Source: Lentimicrobium sp. (GTDB taxonomy: Bacteria; Bacteroidota; Bacteroidia; Bacteroidales; Lentimicrobiaceae). From it: a stretch of DNA of 64,000 bases. Both the position numbers and the translations under genes were made by a program. Positions within the stretch are counted from its first letter, which is position 1; every line of letters begins with the position of its first letter. Below, one piece after another: positions 30,153-39,948 of this stretch. The stretch is from NCBI RefSeq assembly GCF_023957275.1, contig NZ_JAMLHF010000004.1. One strand, 5' to 3'. Under the pieces are notes generated by a model. That model was given only the letters and a program-made list of their open reading frames with translations. It was not told the origin of the DNA and ran no database searches.

Positions 30153-30860
30153 ATGGAAAACAAAAACCTGGCGTTTGATTACATTCACGAATACCTCTTC
30201 AGGAATGAACAGGTGGCTGCCAATCTTGCTTCCGAACAGAATCTGAATTCTGAAGACCGGCAGGAGCTCAGCGATATACTGAGTGTGCTTGGGCAGATGT
30301 CGCAAAATGCGCGGAACTTTAACAAGGTCAACAATCAGGTGCTTGGCAAGGCCATGGAACTTTCGATGGAAAACATGGCCAATACCACGCAAACCATTAT
30401 GAGCATCAAGTCCTCATTGCAGGAGGTGATCCGCGATGCGAAGAGCGCTTACAAGTACGTGCTCTGGATGTATGTGCTGGCGTTTATGCTGGGGATTGCC
30501 CTGATCGCCGTGGCGGTGGTTTTTGCAGCCCAGGGCAAGACCATCTTGTCCATCGCTTTTGGAACCATCGGGTTGATTGACATCGTATCCCACTTCATTT
30601 TCAAACCTCCGCTTGAGTTGCAAAGCAGCAGGGCGAACCTTACGCAACTGATGATTGTTGTAACCAACTGGTTTTCGGATATTGTCAATCTGAATACTTT
30701 TATCACCGCCAGGGGAGAAGCGCTTACGCTGACTGAATTGAGTGAGATTTCGGACAAGCAGAATGCCAATACTGCAAAAATGATTGATCTGATTGAACGA
30801 TACAGTGAGCCTTCGTCGGTTAAACAGGGAATAACAGGCAATGAATCCGGGGCTGCATAA
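30153..30860 (+). CDS. Hypothetical helical protein with a two-TM domain
   Basis: Asn/Gln/Met-rich helical N-terminus, then TM hairpin YVLWMYVLAFMLGIALIAVAVVF / ILSIAFGTIGLIDIV; ATG 30153 preferred over TTG 30069. Confidence 0.7.
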   Translation: MENKNLAFDYIHEYLFRNEQVAANLASEQNLNSEDRQELSDILSVLGQMSQNARNFNKVNNQVLGKAMELSMENMANTTQTIMSIKSSLQEVIRDAKSAYKYVLWMYVLAFMLGIALIAVAVVFAAQGKTILSIAFGTIGLIDIVSHFIFKPPLELQSSRANLTQLMIVVTNWFSDIVNLNTFITARGEALTLTELSEISDKQNANTAKMIDLIERYSEPSSVKQGITGNESGAA

Positions 30861-30912
30861 GGTTTGAGAATCAGGTAATTTAAGGCATAATACCGGGTAC
30901 ATTGCCGGGTTT

Positions 30913-31830
30913 TCAGAAGATAGATCTGGCAGTATAGGTAGTAAACAACTCCAAAGCCTTCATGCCGGCCAGTGAGTTGCCGGCTGAATTGAGTCCCGGC
31001 GACCAGACTGCCACTGCCAGTTCACCCGGCATTACCGCCACGATGCCACCGCCCACGCCGCTTTTACCGGGAAGCCCGACCCGGTAAGCAAATTCACCTC
31101 CTTCGTCGTAAAGACCACAGGTCTGCATCAGCGCGTTGATTCGCTTGGCCTGCCTCGGCCCGCAGATTACCGAGCCGCTTACCGGATCGGTGCCGCCATG
31201 GGCTAAAAAAAGAAAAGCCCGGGCCAGATCCATGCAGTTCATCGATAGGGCACACTGATGAAAATAGAGGTCCAGCACCCGGTCCACTTCATTAAACAGA
31301 TTGCCGTAACTTTTCAGAAAATTTGCGAGGGCTGCGTTGCGGTGGCCCGTTTCCTTTTCAGATCCTGCAACCTCCCTGTCATAGTCAATAGCCTGATTTC
31401 CTGAGCATTTGCGCACAAAATCAACCAGCGCGATGAGGGGGTCACGGTTTTCGAAAATCACGCAGTCGGTCACCACCAGCGCACCGGCATTGATAAAGGG
31501 GTTGCGGGGCTTACCGTTTTCATATTCAAGCTGAACCAGTGAGTTGAAGGGGTTCCCTGAAGCCTCGCGGCCTACCCTGTCCCAAAGCGCATCACCCATG
31601 CGGTCCATCACCATGGCAAGGGTGAAAACCTTGGAGATGCTTTGAATGCTGAAGTTTTCACCTGCATCTCCTGTCGTATAGAGTTCTCCCCTGACGGTTG
31701 CTACAGCCATGCCGAATTTTTCCGGATCTATTCTCGACAATGCCGGAATGTAGGTTGCAACCTTTCCTTTGCTCAGCAGAGGTTTTATTTCCTCTGCAAT
31801 GTTTTCAATAATCCCGGTGTAAGATATCAT
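30913..31830 (-). CDS. glsA: Glutaminase
   Basis: GKVATYIPAL, SIQSISK (SxxK), GREASGNPFNS, NPFINAGA and PGKSGVGGG. Confidence 0.95.
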   Translation of the reverse strand: MISYTGIIENIAEEIKPLLSKGKVATYIPALSRIDPEKFGMAVATVRGELYTTGDAGENFSIQSISKVFTLAMVMDRMGDALWDRVGREASGNPFNSLVQLEYENGKPRNPFINAGALVVTDCVIFENRDPLIALVDFVRKCSGNQAIDYDREVAGSEKETGHRNAALANFLKSYGNLFNEVDRVLDLYFHQCALSMNCMDLARAFLFLAHGGTDPVSGSVICGPRQAKRINALMQTCGLYDEGGEFAYRVGLPGKSGVGGGIVAVMPGELAVAVWSPGLNSAGNSLAGMKALELFTTYTARSIF

Positions 31831-31975
31831 TGAACGATAAAAGTTAATTTTTGTGAACTTATTGGCTGTGGCTTGTTAAATAAAGTGTCCCTGTGAGCCT
31901 GAACTGCGTCGCCCTGTGCTGCGGACAGCCAAAGATGCCTCACGGAATGTCAGTGCAAATTTAACCGGAATAATC

Positions 31976-31983
31976 TATATTTG
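31976..31983 (+). promoter_or_regulatory. -7 element TATATTTG; the divergent element for glsA is at 31956-31963
   Basis: TAnnTTTG on the plus strand ends 4 nt before ATG 31988; CAAATTTA (reverse complement TAAATTTG) lies on the minus strand. Confidence 0.5.
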
Positions 31984-31987
31984 TGAT

Positions 31988-34900
31988 ATGAATATCAAAG
32001 CTATGCAATCCACCCCCTACGCTTTACTTGCGAAGAAATTTTATTTTGACGATACTGCTTTCATCAACCTGATGAGAAAACGGATATACAATGTACTGCT
32101 GATCGCCAGCAATTATGATTCGTTTGTACTGGAGGGAGATGGCCGCATTGATGAGCAGATATTTATCGAGTATGTTTCGCTCAGCCTCAGGTATCCTCCC
32201 CAGTTTATTCAGGTGTCTTCAGAGGCCGAGGCAAAGGAAGTGCTTGAAAGTCAGAATATAGACCTTATTATCACCATGTTAAGCATGGGGAAGAGTGAAA
32301 ATTTTGATTCTGCGAAAAGGATTAAGGCTCTGTATCCGCAAAAACCCATTGTTGTGCTGACTTCATTTTCGCGCGAAGTCACCCTTACCCTGGCCAACGA
32401 AGACCTCTCGGCCATTGATTATGTATTTAGCTGGCTTGGCAATGCCGATATCCTGCTTGCGATTATTAAACTGATTGAGGACAGGATGAATGCCGAGAAT
32501 GATGTCAAGGATGTCGGTGTTCAGGTTATCCTGCTGGTAGAAGACTCTATCCGTTTTTATTCCAGTTATTTGCCGAATATTTACAAGATCATTTTCAAGC
32601 AGTCGAAGGCTTTTATGACCGAAGGTCTGAATGAGCACCAGATGATGCTGCGTATGCGGGGCAGGCCTAAGATATTGCTGGCTACAAATTACGAAGAGGC
32701 TGTAAGTTATTATGAAAAGTATAAGAATAACCTGCTTGGAATCATCACCGACACATCCTATCCAAGAAATGGCCTTGAAGATCCTCAGGCCGGAATCAGA
32801 CTGGTGGAAAAGGTGAAGCGGGACGACGAATTTATGCCCATACTGATGCAGTCGTCTGATCTGTTGAATGCCGAAGTGGCGCGCGGACTCAGGGTTGGCT
32901 TTCTGCATAAGCAGTCAAAGACACTCTCCATCGAACTGAGGAATTTTATAAAGCAGTATTTCGCTTTCGGTGATTTTGTTTTTGTGGATCCCGACACCAG
33001 GCTTGAAGTTGCCCGTGCTGCTGACCTCAAAGCCCTTCAGCAAAAGATTTTTGAAATTCCGGATAATTCGCTTGCTTATCACATCTATCGAAATCATGTG
33101 TCCAAGTGGTTGTATGCCAGGGCTTTGTTTCCGCTTGCCGAACTTTTCCGCGATCTTCGCCCGGGCGACTTCAGTGATCTGGATGAAATCAGGCGTTTTA
33201 TTTTCGATGCCATTGCTACATTCAGACTGAATAAAGCACGGGGTATAATTGCCGAGTTTAACCGCGAAAGCTTTGACGAGTACCTGAGTTTTACAAGGGT
33301 AGGACAGGGGTCTATCGGAGGTAAAGCCCGGGGACTTGCTTTTCTCGATTCCATGATCAAACGCAACCGCCTGCTTGATCAATGGCCGGGTGTGATCGTT
33401 ACCATTCCCCGGACGGTGGTGCTAGGAGCAGATATCTTCGATGAGTTTATGGAGGATAATAATCTGTATAAGATTGCGCTATCCGACCTTTCAGATGAGG
33501 AGATTCTCGATCATTTCATCGCGGCCAGGCTTCCTTTCCGCTTACATGAGGACCTTTATACTTTTATAACGGTGGTAAATAAACCGATAGCCGTGCGGTC
33601 TTCGAGCATGCTGGAGGATAGCTATTATCAGCCCTTTGCCGGGATCTATTCCACATATATGGTTCCCAATTTTGTGAATGATGAACGTATGACCATTGAA
33701 AACCTGAGCAACGCCATTAAAAGCGTTTACGCTTCAGCCTTTTTCAGGGATTCAAAATCATATATGACGGCGACTTCCAATGTTATTGATGAAGAAAAGA
33801 TGGCCATCGTGCTGCAGGAGGTTACCGGCACACAATACGGGGAGCGTTTTTATCCGACTTTATCAGGGGTTGCCCGATCTATAAATTTCTATCCGATTGA
33901 TCCTGAAAAACCGGAAGACGGCATAGCAAACATTGCATTGGGACTTGGGAAGTATATTGTCGACGGCGGGTTGACGCTCAGGTTTTCGCCACGTTACCCC
34001 AAAAAAGTGCTTCAGTTGTCTACGCCCGAATTTGCCCTTCGCGAAACGCAGAAGCATTTTTATGCACTGGATCTGCGGCCGGGTACTTTTATACCCTCCA
34101 CTGATGATGGTTCCAACTTGTTGAAGTTGAATATACAGGATGGCGAAACAGACGGGTCGCTGAGAAATATAATTTCTACCTTCGACTACGAGAGCAATAT
34201 GCTGCGCGATGGTATGTTCGGATCCGGAAAGCGTATCGTTACTTTTTCAAACATCTTATCCCACAATGTATTTCCGCTGGCCGATATTCTTTCCACCGTG
34301 CTCGAAACAGGGCAACGCGAAATGAGTAAACCCGTTGAAATTGAATTTGCGGTGGATCTGAACCGTCCCAAAGGCTCTCCTGCATTGTTTAACCTGCTGC
34401 AAATCAGGCCGATTGTTGATAACAGGGATGCCATTGAGGCTCATCTTGAGGATGTGATTGAACAGGATACGGTTATCTATGCTCATCATGCACTGGGCAA
34501 TGGCATTATCCGGGATGTGTATGATATCGTTTACATCAAGCCCGAGTCGTTTAATCCTGCTGCCAACAAGGAAACAGCAATTAAAGTTGGGAAACTGAAT
34601 GAGCATTTCCTTGCGGAAAAAAGCAATTATGTGCTGGTAGGCCCCGGGCGCTGGGGAAGTAACGACCCGTGGCTGGGAATTCCGGTAAAATGGCCTCAGA
34701 TCTCCGCCGCCCGGGTTATCGTGGAATCAGGCCTCGAGCATTACCGGATAGATCCTAGCCAGGGAACCCATTTCTTCCAGAACCTGACCTCTTTCAGGGT
34801 TGGTTATTTTACCATTAATCCGTTTTTAAAAGACGGATACTACGATCTTGATTTTCTGGCTTCTCAAACTCCGTTTTATGAAGATGATGTGATTCGTCAT

Positions 34901-34999
34901 ATCAGGTTTGAGCAGCCACTTGTAATCATGATTGACGGTAAAAAGAATCTTGGCGTGGTTATGAAACCGCAATCCGCGGGTGTTAATCCTGGAGGGTGA
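31988..34999 (+). CDS. Receiver-domain / PEP-pyruvate-binding (PPDK_N, ATP-grasp) fusion protein
   Basis: Receiver motifs LLVED, IITD, MQSS, LHK; GSIGGKARGLAF, AVRSSS.LED...FAGIYST, MAIVLQEV; no His-carrier or C-terminal PEP-utilizer barrel seen. Confidence 0.85.
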   Translation: MNIKAMQSTPYALLAKKFYFDDTAFINLMRKRIYNVLLIASNYDSFVLEGDGRIDEQIFIEYVSLSLRYPPQFIQVSSEAEAKEVLESQNIDLIITMLSMGKSENFDSAKRIKALYPQKPIVVLTSFSREVTLTLANEDLSAIDYVFSWLGNADILLAIIKLIEDRMNAENDVKDVGVQVILLVEDSIRFYSSYLPNIYKIIFKQSKAFMTEGLNEHQMMLRMRGRPKILLATNYEEAVSYYEKYKNNLLGIITDTSYPRNGLEDPQAGIRLVEKVKRDDEFMPILMQSSDLLNAEVARGLRVGFLHKQSKTLSIELRNFIKQYFAFGDFVFVDPDTRLEVARAADLKALQQKIFEIPDNSLAYHIYRNHVSKWLYARALFPLAELFRDLRPGDFSDLDEIRRFIFDAIATFRLNKARGIIAEFNRESFDEYLSFTRVGQGSIGGKARGLAFLDSMIKRNRLLDQWPGVIVTIPRTVVLGADIFDEFMEDNNLYKIALSDLSDEEILDHFIAARLPFRLHEDLYTFITVVNKPIAVRSSSMLEDSYYQPFAGIYSTYMVPNFVNDERMTIENLSNAIKSVYASAFFRDSKSYMTATSNVIDEEKMAIVLQEVTGTQYGERFYPTLSGVARSINFYPIDPEKPEDGIANIALGLGKYIVDGGLTLRFSPRYPKKVLQLSTPEFALRETQKHFYALDLRPGTFIPSTDDGSNLLKLNIQDGETDGSLRNIISTFDYESNMLRDGMFGSGKRIVTFSNILSHNVFPLADILSTVLETGQREMSKPVEIEFAVDLNRPKGSPALFNLLQIRPIVDNRDAIEAHLEDVIEQDTVIYAHHALGNGIIRDVYDIVYIKPESFNPAANKETAIKVGKLNEHFLAEKSNYVLVGPGRWGSNDPWLGIPVKWPQISAARVIVESGLEHYRIDPSQGTHFFQNLTSFRVGYFTINPFLKDGYYDLDFLASQTPFYEDDVIRHIRFEQPLVIMIDGKKNLGVVMKPQSAGVNPGG

Positions 35000-35095
35000 A
35001 AAAGCCCTGGCTATGGAAGTTGCCGCCGCTGACCTCAGGTTATGGCGATACTCCGGAACTGCTGATGGGCAGTTGACCTGCTTTTAGGCTGTATC

Positions 35096-35911
35096 CTAGT
35101 TTCCGTCAACCAGGTAAGCCCGGAGTTTATCCGTGCGGGCATTTTCGAACAGCTCCACGGGGCTGCCTTCCTCAATGATTTCACCATCATCCATAAAAAT
35201 CACATGATCGGCCAGCCTGATCGCCTGTCGCAGCACATGGGTCACAAGGATAATGGTGTAATGTTTTTTTATATCTCTGAAAAGGTTCTCAATGATTTTA
35301 CTGGAAGTGGGGTCAAGGGCGGAGGTTGGTTCATCAGCAAGGATAATGGATGGCTTAACAGCCAGTCCGCGCGCCAGACAAAGCCTTTGCTGCTGCCCGA
35401 TTGACAGACTGGACGCCGGTGAGTTCAGGCGGTTTTTTACTTCCTCCCACAGGCCAACCTCTCTGAGGTGCTTCTCAACACTGAACGCAATCAGTTTTTT
35501 ATCGCGGACGCCCTTCAGCTTTAAACCATAGGCTACATTTTTATAAATTGATATTGGAAGCGGATAGGGCCTTTGCGAAAGGAGCCCCATTTTCTGCCGG
35601 ATATCCGGAATGCTGGCCGTAGTGTTCAGAATATCATCATTGTCAATGTATATGTTTCCACTTACCTTCAATTCGCGGTAAAGATCGGTGAGCTTGTTCA
35701 GGCATTTCAGCAGGGTGGTTTTGCCGCATCCTGAAGGGCCGAGCAGCACGGTGATACGGTTTTTGGGGATCTCCAGGTTGATATTCTTTAAAATGTGGTG
35801 ATCTCCGGCCTTTACGTTCAGGTTCTTAACCCGCAGCACTGCCTCCGGTTCTGTCGCTCTCAGAATCCTGAGTTGTTCAATGCTATTTGTTGAGATATAT
35901 GGTTTGCCCAT
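35096..35911 (-). CDS. pstB: Phosphate ABC transporter ATPase
   Basis: GPSGCGKT Walker A, LSIGQQQRLCLARGLA and LADEPTSALDP; ATG 35911 preferred. Confidence 0.9.
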   Translation of the reverse strand: MGKPYISTNSIEQLRILRATEPEAVLRVKNLNVKAGDHHILKNINLEIPKNRITVLLGPSGCGKTTLLKCLNKLTDLYRELKVSGNIYIDNDDILNTTASIPDIRQKMGLLSQRPYPLPISIYKNVAYGLKLKGVRDKKLIAFSVEKHLREVGLWEEVKNRLNSPASSLSIGQQQRLCLARGLAVKPSIILADEPTSALDPTSSKIIENLFRDIKKHYTIILVTHVLRQAIRLADHVIFMDDGEIIEEGSPVELFENARTDKLRAYLVDGN

Positions 35912-35915
35912 TTTT

Positions 35916-36770
35916 TTACTTGAGGTTGGTTTTTGAATATCGTTTCGACAGCAGGCGTGCACCAATGCTGATAAAAAGGATGATGATCGTCAGAATGATG
36001 GAAGCGGCAAATGCCCTGTCGCGCACTTCCGGGATCGGTGATCCGAGCTGAAAGAAAATAGCAAGAGGGAGTGTGGCTGCAGGTTCATCAAGAGTCACCG
36101 GAATGTTATCGGTGTAACCGGCGGTGAACAGCACCGAGGCGGCGTCGCCTATGCCTCTGCCGAATGAAAGCAAAACTGCCGTGATGAACCCGGGGAAGCC
36201 TTGTTTGAACATTATCCGGAAAGCTGTTTCAGTGCGGGTGGATCCCAGGGCCAGTGAAGCTTCATGCATTCCTTTCGGGATGGTGCACAGCACTTCATCG
36301 AAGGTGCGCACCATGATGGGCGAAATCAGCAGGGCAACGGTAATAATTCCTGCAAGCAGGGAGGCATTCATGCCGAAAAATAACATAAGCGTGAAACCAA
36401 AGGCTCCGTAGACAATGGAAGGGATGCCCCATAAGGCATCCAGAAAATAGCGGATGGTATTCTGCGTACGCCGGTACCTGATCAGCTGAACGTTGAGGTA
36501 GAGCGCTGCAGGCATGCCGATCAGCACTGCAATCAATGTAGCGCCGATGGAAATGTAAAGCGAGCCTGTGATCGCATTGAGCACACCGCCTTCCCCTCCG
36601 TAGTAATAGCCGCCCCTGGGGGTTTTAAATACCATGTCCCAGTTGAGTGCCGCGAATCCTTTGTAGAAAATAACAATAATGATAAAGGCAAGCACGGCAA
36701 TCAGCGAATAGGTGAACAGGGCTGAAAGCCGGATGAAGAACTTTTCCTCAAGCATTTTAAATCTTCTCAC
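35916..36770 (-). CDS. pstA: Phosphate ABC transporter permease PstA
   Basis: LWGIPSIVYG, EASLALGSTR, AATLPLAIF. Confidence 0.9.
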   Translation of the reverse strand: MRRFKMLEEKFFIRLSALFTYSLIAVLAFIIIVIFYKGFAALNWDMVFKTPRGGYYYGGEGGVLNAITGSLYISIGATLIAVLIGMPAALYLNVQLIRYRRTQNTIRYFLDALWGIPSIVYGAFGFTLMLFFGMNASLLAGIITVALLISPIMVRTFDEVLCTIPKGMHEASLALGSTRTETAFRIMFKQGFPGFITAVLLSFGRGIGDAASVLFTAGYTDNIPVTLDEPAATLPLAIFFQLGSPIPEVRDRAFAASIILTIIILFISIGARLLSKRYSKTNLK

Positions 36771-37654
36771 AGCCTTTTGGTTTTATGGATCAGTAACCTG
36801 AAGAATAAATTGATAACCAGGATGATGATTAAAAGCAGAAATGCGGCAAACATCAATGCGGAATCATACATGGGTATGGAAAGCATTTCGCCGTAATTGT
36901 TCGCGATCAGGGCCGGCAGCGGGTAAGCCGCATTAAACGGGTTACCCGAAGCTTTAACTACGTTGCCCACTACCATCATCACGGCAATGGTTTCACCGAA
37001 TGCCTTGGCAATTCCCAGGCCATAGGCTGAGATAATGCCGGGGTAGTTGCCCCTGATAACAACATGTTTGACCGATTCCCACATGGTTGCGCCCAGCGAA
37101 AGGGATGCTTCCTTCAGTCCGTTTGGGACGGTATTGAAAACTTCGATGAGCATATTGAGGGTGTAAGGGATGACCATCACCGCAAGTACGATGCCCCCCG
37201 CAAGCACCGAATAGCCCGATGACGGTGAATCTGAAAGCGGGACGGAAATGGCTGATACGAAGGGGACGATGACCAGGATGCCCCAAACCCCGTAAATCAC
37301 GGAGGGCAATCCTGCAAGTACATCAATTACCGGATGCATAATCCGGATCAGTGCACGGGGAGCAAACTGTGTAAGGTAGAGTGCCGCCAGAAGACAAACA
37401 GGTGCCGTAAAAAGAAATGACAGCAGGGTTACATAAAGTGAACCGGCTATAAAAGGCCAGAATCCAAATGACCCCCTTGAAGGTTCCCATTTGGATGAGA
37501 AAACCAGTTCCAGAAAAGAATGTTGTTCAAAAATGGGTGCAGCCTTGATATACAGACCCAGGCAGATAACCAGAGGCAATACCAGGATGGTGATCAGGGT
37601 GGTGATCATCCAGAATCCGTTTAGCTTGTCGATGATCTTTCGTCGCAACTGCAT
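36767..37654 (-). CDS. pstC: Phosphate ABC transporter permease PstC
   Basis: LAGLPSVIYGVWG, EASLSLGAT, AFGETIAVMMVVGN. Confidence 0.92.
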   Translation of the reverse strand: MQLRRKIIDKLNGFWMITTLITILVLPLVICLGLYIKAAPIFEQHSFLELVFSSKWEPSRGSFGFWPFIAGSLYVTLLSFLFTAPVCLLAALYLTQFAPRALIRIMHPVIDVLAGLPSVIYGVWGILVIVPFVSAISVPLSDSPSSGYSVLAGGIVLAVMVIPYTLNMLIEVFNTVPNGLKEASLSLGATMWESVKHVVIRGNYPGIISAYGLGIAKAFGETIAVMMVVGNVVKASGNPFNAAYPLPALIANNYGEMLSIPMYDSALMFAAFLLLIIILVINLFFRLLIHKTKRL

Positions 37655-37696
37655 GGCTTGTTAATACATTCAGCGGGCCTGGGGGCGGGCGGATGT

Positions 37697-38635
37697 CTAT
37701 TTGAGTTTTTTCAGATACGATTCAATTTTTTCACTGTCGATGGGAACATAACCTGCTTCCTTTACATACTGCTGGCCTTCAGTCAGACACCAGCGGATGA
37801 AATCGAGGGTAGCCTGTTTCTGTGGTTTGCCTTTGGCTACAAAATAGAGTTCACGTGCTGGCGGCGATGGATAAACACCACTGCCAATGGCCTGAAGCAC
37901 CCCGTCGAACGTTTCATAAAAATCTTCTTCCGGATCCAACATCCCGTTGTCATTGATATCGATGGGTGCGATTTCGATGCCCGGCCTTTTTTTTCCGGTA
38001 TTGATGTCATAGGCAAATATGGTGTTGTTGAATCCCATGCCCAGCTTATCTTTAGCCACGGCGTCTGCCATGCCCGGATCACCAAATATACCTATCCCGG
38101 CAAGGTTTTCCTGGTGCCCCCCCAGGTACTTCGCCCAGGTTTCCGCGGCTCCGCATGCGTCGGAACGGGTGTAAATGGTCATTTGGGCTTTTTCGGGCTG
38201 ATTCAGGATTTTCCCCCAGTCTTTCACAGTCTGGTCCATAAATATAGCCTTGAAATCTTCACGGCTGAGCCCCTGCTGCCTGAGAACAGACAGATAGGGG
38301 TTCTGGCTGCTGATGGTGGGAACTACCGCATCAATGGTAAGGCCAACCCACCATACGCCCTGTTGTTTCTCTTCGTCAGCTATTTCACGCGAAAACATAC
38401 CCAGGTCAACGGCTCCCGACAGGGCATCGGCCATGCCTTTGCCAGCGCCACCTCCGGAAACATTGAACCTCACTTTCGGGTTGATTTTGCCGTATTCCTC
38501 CGTCCATTTTACTGCAAGAGGATAAAGTGCAAATGCCCCCGAAAGGGTAATGGTGTTATCTTTCTTTTCGCGTGATGCGCATCCTGAGAACACAATGGAT
38601 ATAGCAATTGCCGATAAAATTATGCTGCGTTTCAT
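37697..38635 (-). CDS. pstS: Phosphate-binding lipoprotein (PstS family)
   Basis: Lipobox FSGC, SGAFALYPL, GGGAGKG, GMFSR, RSDACG and YPSPPARELY. Confidence 0.85.
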   Translation of the reverse strand: MKRSIILSAIAISIVFSGCASREKKDNTITLSGAFALYPLAVKWTEEYGKINPKVRFNVSGGGAGKGMADALSGAVDLGMFSREIADEEKQQGVWWVGLTIDAVVPTISSQNPYLSVLRQQGLSREDFKAIFMDQTVKDWGKILNQPEKAQMTIYTRSDACGAAETWAKYLGGHQENLAGIGIFGDPGMADAVAKDKLGMGFNNTIFAYDINTGKKRPGIEIAPIDINDNGMLDPEEDFYETFDGVLQAIGSGVYPSPPARELYFVAKGKPQKQATLDFIRWCLTEGQQYVKEAGYVPIDSEKIESYLKKLK

Positions 38636-38641
38636 GATTGT

Positions 38642-39925
38642 TTATTTTAAAGGGGAATTTGTCTGTTTGAAAAGATTGGGTGTAAGTGTCAGCTGGATGT
38701 AAAAAAACTGATTGAAATTGTCAGAATTGGTTTGCTGAATTTCTTTCAATGTTTCAGTCGGATTGAAAAAAATGTATCCGCTTTCAAGATTACCCCATTC
38801 ACTGAACCTGTATTTCAGGATAAGATCATTTTCAAAACCGAGCGTTTTGTCATCGGGCGTGCCCGGGTTGGTCATGGCGAGGTTGAAGAAATGAACGGTA
38901 TTTCTTACGGAAACTTTCTTCGAGAATTTGTAATCGAGCCATAAATAATAATCAGCCAGGCCCCCCTGTCTGGTTTGGACAGGATAATTGGTAAAATAGT
39001 CCATGGCGCCGTTAAAACCGTGTCTGTTTCCGTAAAGCGGGTCGAAGAGCTTATCGGTTTCATCCGGGCCGGGTGTTTTGTCATTTCCCGATAGATAGCT
39101 GATTCCTGCACCGGGAGTCAGTTTTCCGGTTTTCAGGCTGATTTCGGCTTCAATCAGCATGGCGTTCAATTTATTCCCGTCCCGGTTTTTACCGTATTGA
39201 TAGTAGGCATTACCCATGAAATTCAGTGCTTCCCCGCTGTAATTTCCGTAAAATCCGCTCGTATGCCTGAAATTTATCGGATCTGTCGTGTCCGTTTTGG
39301 TATAGCCTGATGAAATGTGGAGAAACGAAAGGTTCAGTTTTTCACTTACCTTTTTGTTGATCCACAGATAGTTCAGTGATTTTATCCGCGCTTTTGGATA
39401 AAGGTTGCCGTATGATGCTTCCGAAAGGGTGTTCCATGAAGCACCGGCGTCAATTTTCCAGCCATCCCTGCGGTATTTCAGCACGAGGGCATCATAGCTG
39501 ATACCATTCTGATTCCAGTTGCGGTTTCCAAGCATTCTGCCGTTATCGTAAATAAGCTCCTGACGGCCTGCAGAAATACTCAGGAGTTCGGAAATTCTGA
39601 GTTCAGCGTAAGCTTCATAAAGATCCAGTGAAGGATTGTCACCAACTCCGGTGGCGCTCAATTTGGCCTGATCTCCCCATAACCTGACATCCTGGGGGAC
39701 AATTTTCAGCTTTAGCCGGGGCATTTCATAGGTGAAAGCCAGTCTGGTCCGCTGAGAAACCAGCACAGCCGGTGAAGCGTCTTCAGGATTTATTTTCTGA
39801 TATCCGTCACGCACTTCGCCACGTGCCCGGAGCTGGGCATCAACTGAAAACTGTGCAATGGCGGCCTGAGAGATGAAAATCAGGAAAATCAGGATAAAAT
39901 TTGATTTACGGATGGCCTGTTTCAT
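38642..39925 (-). CDS. Alginate-export-family outer-membrane beta-barrel (putative anion porin)
   Basis: Signal peptide, QLRARGEVRDGY, QRTRL, QDVRLWG, GRQELIYDNGR and FDPLYG..HGFNGAMDYF. Confidence 0.8.
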   Translation of the reverse strand: MKQAIRKSNFILIFLIFISQAAIAQFSVDAQLRARGEVRDGYQKINPEDASPAVLVSQRTRLAFTYEMPRLKLKIVPQDVRLWGDQAKLSATGVGDNPSLDLYEAYAELRISELLSISAGRQELIYDNGRMLGNRNWNQNGISYDALVLKYRRDGWKIDAGASWNTLSEASYGNLYPKARIKSLNYLWINKKVSEKLNLSFLHISSGYTKTDTTDPINFRHTSGFYGNYSGEALNFMGNAYYQYGKNRDGNKLNAMLIEAEISLKTGKLTPGAGISYLSGNDKTPGPDETDKLFDPLYGNRHGFNGAMDYFTNYPVQTRQGGLADYYLWLDYKFSKKVSVRNTVHFFNLAMTNPGTPDDKTLGFENDLILKYRFSEWGNLESGYIFFNPTETLKEIQQTNSDNFNQFFYIQLTLTPNLFKQTNSPLK

Positions 39926-39948
39926 AAGCAGTGATAATTTTGATGATT

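Noticed and set aside
31826-31838. ATCGTTCA (minus strand) resembling the start of the glnA glutamine riboswitch
   Set aside because: The match overlaps the glsA start codon, and the rest of the three-stem motif is absent.
31916-31987. Upstream extension of the receiver-ATP-grasp ORF
   Set aside because: It overlaps both divergent promoter elements; ATG 31988 (or 32003) is more plausible.
37658-38575. 305-aa plus-strand ORF
   Set aside because: Antisense shadow of pstS.
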